A DNA stretch of 64,000 nucleotides, taken from contig CAYOQY010000001.1 in NCBI GenBank assembly GCA_964406225.1, positions 25,382-89,381 on the forward strand, read 5' to 3'. The translations under genes were made by a program, and so were the position numbers. The notes under the pieces are model-generated. The model was not told where the DNA came from. It ran no database searches and saw only the letters and a list, made by a program, of their open reading frames with translations. The number at the start of each line of letters is the position of its first letter. Within the stretch, counting starts at the first letter, position 1. Shown piece by piece: positions 59,364 through 64,000 of this stretch. Source of the stretch: an uncultured Microbacterium sp. GTDB lineage: Bacteria > Actinomycetota > Actinomycetes > Actinomycetales > Microbacteriaceae.

Positions 59364-60677
59364 GTGAAGGACACGCTGAGCGCCGCCGAGGCGCGCCGCG
59401 TCGCCCTGGCCGCGCAGGGGTTCGCGGCGCCGCGTCCCCCGCATCCCGGTACCCGTCAGCTGAACCTCGCGATGGCGCGCATGGCGACCCTGCAGATCGA
59501 TTCCGTCAACGTCTTCGCGCGCTCCCACTACATGCCGCTGTTCGCGCGTCTCGGCGCGTACGACGTCGCGGCTCTCGATCGCCTGCTGTTCTCCCGGCGG
59601 TCGCCGTACGTCGAGTACTGGGCGCACGTCGCGTCGTTCATCCCGGTGGCCGACTGGGGGCTGTTCCGCTTCCGCATGGACGACATGCGCCGGAAGTACG
59701 GCACGAAACCGGACGACTGGTTCGCCTCGCACCGCGACATCGTGGACTGGGTCCGCTCCGAACTCGCCGCGCGCGGCCCGCTGCGTCCCGCGCAGATCGA
59801 GCACGATGCCAAGACCGCGTCGCGCGGAGCCTGGTGGGATTGGGACGTCGTCAAGAACGCCCTCGAGCACCTCTGGCTCTTCGGTGAGGTGGCGATCGCC
59901 GGTCGCGCCGGCTTCGAGCGTCGCTACGCGCTCGCCGAGCACGTCCTGCCGGCCCAGGCTCTCACCCCTGTCGCGCGGACCGACGCGGTCCGCGAGCTCG
60001 TCGCACGCGCCGCGCGAGCGTACGGCGTCGCGACCGCGTCCGACCTCGCGGACTACTGGCGCCTCAAGGACCGCCGCGCGGTTCTGACGGCGATCGCCGA
60101 ACTCACGGATGCCGGAATCCTGCGCCCGGTCACCGTGCAGGGGTGGACGTCCGCCGGGCGCCCGGCGAAGGCGTGGATGCACCGCGACGCCCTCCTGCCA
60201 CGCCGCGTCGACGCCGCCGCCGTCCTCCCGCCGTTCGACCCCGTGGTGTGGTTCCGCGACAGAGCGCAGCGACTCTTCGACTTCGAGTACCGCATCGAGA
60301 TCTACACCCCCGCTCATCGCCGTCGTTTCGGGTACTACTCCCTCCCCGTGCTGATCGGCGACGACCTCGTCGGGCGCGTCGACCTCAAGGCGGACCGGGC
60401 TTCCTCGACACTTCGCGTGCAGTCCGCATGGTGGGAGCACGGGCGGCCCGCCGACGCCGCGGCGCGCCTGGGCGAGCAACTGCGTCTGGCCGCTCGCTGG
60501 CAGGCGCTGGACTCGATCTCGGTGTCGCACCGCGGTGACGCGGCCGACGATCTCGCCGACGCGCTGACCGAGGCCCGTCGCCACGACGCAGGAGAAGGCG
60601 ATGTGCGCACCGCCGCCGACCCGACCGACCCCCTCCCCGCACCGGAGGAAGCGTTCCGGGTTAGCGTGGACGGGTGA
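59364..60677 (+). CDS. YcaQ/AlkZ-like winged-helix crosslink-repair glycosylase
   Basis: ARRVALAAQG, LQIDSVNVFARSH, EYWAH, WWDW, PFDP, YRIEIY..RRFGYY. Confidence 0.92.
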   Translation: MKDTLSAAEARRVALAAQGFAAPRPPHPGTRQLNLAMARMATLQIDSVNVFARSHYMPLFARLGAYDVAALDRLLFSRRSPYVEYWAHVASFIPVADWGLFRFRMDDMRRKYGTKPDDWFASHRDIVDWVRSELAARGPLRPAQIEHDAKTASRGAWWDWDVVKNALEHLWLFGEVAIAGRAGFERRYALAEHVLPAQALTPVARTDAVRELVARAARAYGVATASDLADYWRLKDRRAVLTAIAELTDAGILRPVTVQGWTSAGRPAKAWMHRDALLPRRVDAAAVLPPFDPVVWFRDRAQRLFDFEYRIEIYTPAHRRRFGYYSLPVLIGDDLVGRVDLKADRASSTLRVQSAWWEHGRPADAAARLGEQLRLAARWQALDSISVSHRGDAADDLADALTEARRHDAGEGDVRTAADPTDPLPAPEEAFRVSVDG

Positions 60678-61588
60678 AGCGCTCCACGGTCCTCATCCTT
60701 GCGCTCACAGCCGTGGCGGTGGTCGCGGCCGGTGCGGGCATCGCCGTGTGGAGCGCCACCCGCTCCCCCGGACCGTCCGATGTCGCGATGACGTACTTCA
60801 CGGCGCTCGCATCCGGCGACGCGCAGGCCGCTCTCGCCGTCACCGACATCCCGGATGCCGAGCACGGCGACCTGGCCGCGGCGTACGAGGGCGCCCAGGA
60901 GCGGGTCGCCGACCCCCGCGTGACCGAGACGGTGCAGTCCGCGGACGCCGCACAGGTCGTCGTCTCCTACGACATCGGCGGAGAGGCTCACGAGAGCGCG
61001 CTCGAGCTGATCCGCGCCGCAGACGGCGCCTGGGCGCTCACCTCTGCGACGGGTCGCGTGCTCGTGACGCCGACGATCGGGGACGCGGCGGCGATCGGCG
61101 ACCTCACCGTGCCCGCGGACGACGAGCTCGCGCTGCTGCCCGGGGGTTACGCCGTCCACGCACTTCCGCGCGGCCTGGTGGAGGGCGCCGCGTCCGCGGT
61201 GATCACCCCCGGCGAGCTGACGACCGTCGCACTCGAGGCGGCTGTCGCCCCCGCGGCGACCGCCGCGGCGCAGGAGCAGCTCGACGCCTACGCGACCGCG
61301 TGCACGCAGCCTGCAGCGGCGGTGCCCGCGAACTGCGGCATCCGCGTGCCGTGGGCGGCGGACCTGGCGGCGCTCAGCTCGATCGCGTACCGCGTCGAGC
61401 GGCTTCCCACCGTCACGCTCGCGGAGGACGCGGCGACGTTCGCCGCCACCGACGGGGTCGTGGTCGCCACGGCGACCGGGCCGACGCGAGACGGCGGAAC
61501 CGGCACGTTCACCTACCGGACCGACGACTGGGCGCTCCGCGGCACGATCACGTTCTCCGGCAACGAGATGGTGCTCGCCGTCGGCTGA
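60674..61588 (+). CDS. Secreted/membrane-anchored hypothetical protein
   Basis: N-terminal hydrophobic helix; GTGA coupling; coding-like GC3. Confidence 0.75.
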   Translation: MKRSTVLILALTAVAVVAAGAGIAVWSATRSPGPSDVAMTYFTALASGDAQAALAVTDIPDAEHGDLAAAYEGAQERVADPRVTETVQSADAAQVVVSYDIGGEAHESALELIRAADGAWALTSATGRVLVTPTIGDAAAIGDLTVPADDELALLPGGYAVHALPRGLVEGAASAVITPGELTTVALEAAVAPAATAAAQEQLDAYATACTQPAAAVPANCGIRVPWAADLAALSSIAYRVERLPTVTLAEDAATFAATDGVVVATATGPTRDGGTGTFTYRTDDWALRGTITFSGNEMVLAVG

Positions 61589-61598
61589 CGCGTCGGGC

Positions 61599-62696
61599 TC
61601 ACGATCCGTCGATGCCGACGACATCCACGCCGAGCCAGGCGGCGAGGTCGCGGATCTCGGCATGGACGTCCTCGGTGATGTCGGTGTCGAAGTCGACGTC
61701 TTCGTGGATCGCGTTCACGCGCAGCACACCGGCGCGTCGATCGACGGCGGCGTCGAGCTTTCCGACCAACCGGTCACCGTGGAGGACCGGGAGGGCGAAG
61801 TACCCCCAGCGCCGCTTCGCCGCCGGTTTGTACATCTCCACGATGTACTCGAACCCGAAGATCTCCCGCGCGCGCACACGATCGAACACGAGCCGATCGA
61901 AAGGCGACAGGAGCGCGGTCCGCGGCACCCTGTCCACGGCGGGCTCCAGCAGCGTCGGATCCACCCGCCACGATCCGTCGACGCCTTCGATGACGGCTTC
62001 CTCGCCGACAGGGCCGACGCCGAGAGGCTCGACCGGCTGTTTCAGGGCGGTGCTCCGCGCGACCCCGAGCGAGCCCAGGCGCCGCTCCGCGCGCCGCCGC
62101 GCGGCGTCCTCGGCGGAGATCTCCTCGACCGGAAGCGGATAGACGCGCTCGGCGATGTCCCACAGTCGTTCCTTCCCCTCGCGGCCCGCGATCGCGACCT
62201 CACCGCCCAGCACGAGGAACTCGAGCATCTGGGCCACGTTGCGGTCGTTCGTCCATCCCGACGACTTCCAGGGCACCTGGCTGGTGTCGGGGATCTCCCC
62301 CGTGCGGAGGGGGCCGTCGGCGCGGAGCCGGGCGATCACCTCCCGACGGAAGCGCTCGTTCGCGGCGAGCCACTCGCGGTGCTGCCGGTACGGGGGCCAC
62401 GCGCGCATCTCGGGGAGGAGGAGCGGCAGGTCCTGCATCGGACGATAGAAACCCGCCCATTCGAAGACCGCCCTGTCCTCCTCGACCGCACGGATCAGAT
62501 CGGCCGGCTGATACGGCCAGCCGATCCGGCTCCACAGGATGTGATCGGCGCTCGGCGCGATCGCGGCGGTCGGGTCGATGTTGACGATGGACAGTCCTTC
62601 CACCGCTTCGACGATGCCGCCCGGCCGGTCGGCGGTGAGCAGCTGGGCACGGACGGCGATCCGCCGCGCCTCCGCCCGCGTCAGCCGATGGACCAT
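61599..62696 (-). CDS. Second YcaQ-family glycosylase-like protein
   Basis: ARRIAVRAQ, NIDPT, LLSPFD, YIVEMY..KRRWGYF. Confidence 0.88.
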   Translation of the reverse strand: MVHRLTRAEARRIAVRAQLLTADRPGGIVEAVEGLSIVNIDPTAAIAPSADHILWSRIGWPYQPADLIRAVEEDRAVFEWAGFYRPMQDLPLLLPEMRAWPPYRQHREWLAANERFRREVIARLRADGPLRTGEIPDTSQVPWKSSGWTNDRNVAQMLEFLVLGGEVAIAGREGKERLWDIAERVYPLPVEEISAEDAARRRAERRLGSLGVARSTALKQPVEPLGVGPVGEEAVIEGVDGSWRVDPTLLEPAVDRVPRTALLSPFDRLVFDRVRAREIFGFEYIVEMYKPAAKRRWGYFALPVLHGDRLVGKLDAAVDRRAGVLRVNAIHEDVDFDTDITEDVHAEIRDLAAWLGVDVVGIDGS

Positions 62697-62701
62697 GCGG
62701 T

Positions 62702-63586
62702 CTAGAACTTCCCACCCATGGTCTGCAGACGCACGATCCGCTCCGCGATCGGCGGATGGGTGGCGAAGAGCCGGGCCAGAGCATTCGGCTGGAGCGGATC
62801 GGCGATCCACAGGTGCGCCATCGAGGTGTTCGCCCGCTGGAGCGGACGTCCGAACTCGCCGAGCTTCGCCAGCGCCGTGGCGAGACCGTCGGGGTCGCGC
62901 GTGGTCATGGCGCTCGTGGCGTCGGCGAGGTACTCGCGCTGACGCGAGATCGCCGCCTGCACGGCACCGGCCAGGAGCGGCGCGACGAGGGCGGCGACGA
63001 TGCCGAACAGCAGGAACAGCAGCTGCGCCTGTCCGTTGCCCCGCCGGCCGCCGCCGAAGAAGGCGAACCGCATGAACAGGTCGGCCAGGATGCCGACGGC
63101 CACGACGAGTCCGAAGACGATCAGCGAGACGCGGATGTCGTAGTTGCGGATGTGCCCCAGTTCGTGCCCGAGCACACCCTCGAGTTCGCGGTCGGTCATG
63201 AGTTCGAACAGTCCCGTCGTCACGGTGATCGACGCTTCTTCGGGGGTGCGGCCGGTGGCGAAGGCGTTCGGGGCGGGATCGTCCACGACGTACAGCTTCG
63301 GCATCGGCGTCCCCGTCGTGATGCAGAGGTTCTCAACGAGACGATGGAACCGGGGCGCGTCGGCGGCGCTCACCGGCACGGCGCCGGCCATCGCGATCGC
63401 CTCGCGGTCGGCGAAGAAATACTGGAAGGTGGCGTAGCCGGCGGCGAAGACGAGGATGAACGCCGTGATCCACCAGTTGTTCCCCGCGAGCCACCCCGCG
63501 AGCAGTCCGATCGCGCCGAGCAGCAGGATGAAGGCGCCGAGGATGAACCAGGTGTTGCGCTTGTTGCGCGCGATGGCGCTGTACAC
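62702..63586 (-). CDS. htpX: M48 zinc metalloprotease HtpX
   Basis: PNAFATG, HELGH, SRQREYLAD, THPP. Confidence 0.95.
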   Translation of the reverse strand: MYSAIARNKRNTWFILGAFILLLGAIGLLAGWLAGNNWWITAFILVFAAGYATFQYFFADREAIAMAGAVPVSAADAPRFHRLVENLCITTGTPMPKLYVVDDPAPNAFATGRTPEEASITVTTGLFELMTDRELEGVLGHELGHIRNYDIRVSLIVFGLVVAVGILADLFMRFAFFGGGRRGNGQAQLLFLLFGIVAALVAPLLAGAVQAAISRQREYLADATSAMTTRDPDGLATALAKLGEFGRPLQRANTSMAHLWIADPLQPNALARLFATHPPIAERIVRLQTMGGKF

Positions 63587-63594
63587 AGGTCAGA

Positions 63595-64000
63595 TCAGAA
63601 TTGCACGCGGGGCGGCTCGCTGATCGCCGCGCCGTCGACCACTTCGAAGAACTCGCGCTCGGTGAAGCCGAGGTTGCGGGCGAAGAGGTTGTTGGGGAAG
63701 ACCTTGATCTTGGTGTTCAGCTCGCGCACTCCGCCGTTGTAGAAGCGGCGCGAGGCCTGGATCTTGTCCTCGGTGTCGACGATCGACTGCTGCAGCTGCA
63801 GGAAGTTCTGGCTGGCCTGCAGCTGCGGATACGCCTCGGCCACCGCGAACAGCGACTTGAGCGCCTGCTGCATGTGCCCTTCCGCGACTCCTGCTTCGGC
63901 CGGACCTCCCGCGCTCAAGGTCTCCGCCCGCGCGCGTGTCACGTTCTCGAACACGGCCTTCTCATGCGCGGCGTACCCCTTCACCGCCTCGATGAGATTC
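63595..64000 (-). CDS. lemA: LemA family protein (5' end outside window)
   Basis: AEAYPQLQA, EDKIQASRRFYN, FPNN; upstream of htpX. Confidence 0.95.
   Translation of the reverse strand, partial: NLIEAVKGYAAHEKAVFENVTRARAETLSAGGPAEAGVAEGHMQQALKSLFAVAEAYPQLQASQNFLQLQQSIVDTEDKIQASRRFYNGGVRELNTKIKVFPNNLFARNLGFTEREFFEVVDGAAISEPPRVQF

Overview
High-GC actinobacterial chromosome segment. Gene content, gene order and frequent leaderless TANNNT promoters suggest Microbacterium/Microbacteriaceae (inference). Most of the window is core or metabolic: nadB-nadC-cysteine desulfurase, ppsA/ppsR, an oxidative sugar-acid cluster, ychF, rmuC, glpX, a four-carbon-acid-sugar cluster, fbaA, ispH, xseAB, fumC, a two-component pair, PhoH, greA, ilvA, two YcaQ/AlkZ-like glycosylases and htpX-lemA. 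The main accessory feature is a 3,775-bp element (7941-11715) with 11-bp terminal inverted repeats and an exact 8-bp target-site duplication. It has ISL3-like ends but no intact transposase. It carries IS256, IS5 and IS3 remnants, an OmpA-domain protein, a CxC lipoprotein and a broken Flp-pilin-like/SGNH-hydrolase fusion. Other signals: a leaderless MLLFV pentapeptide uORF before an efflux pump, a strongly iterated GGATGCCG octamer, a 6C-like RNA, CsoR/CstR-, DosR- and PafBC-like boxes, and a 41-aa Cys-cluster peptide. No rRNA, tRNA or CRISPR array was seen. All calls are by eye from sequence motifs; no searches were run.
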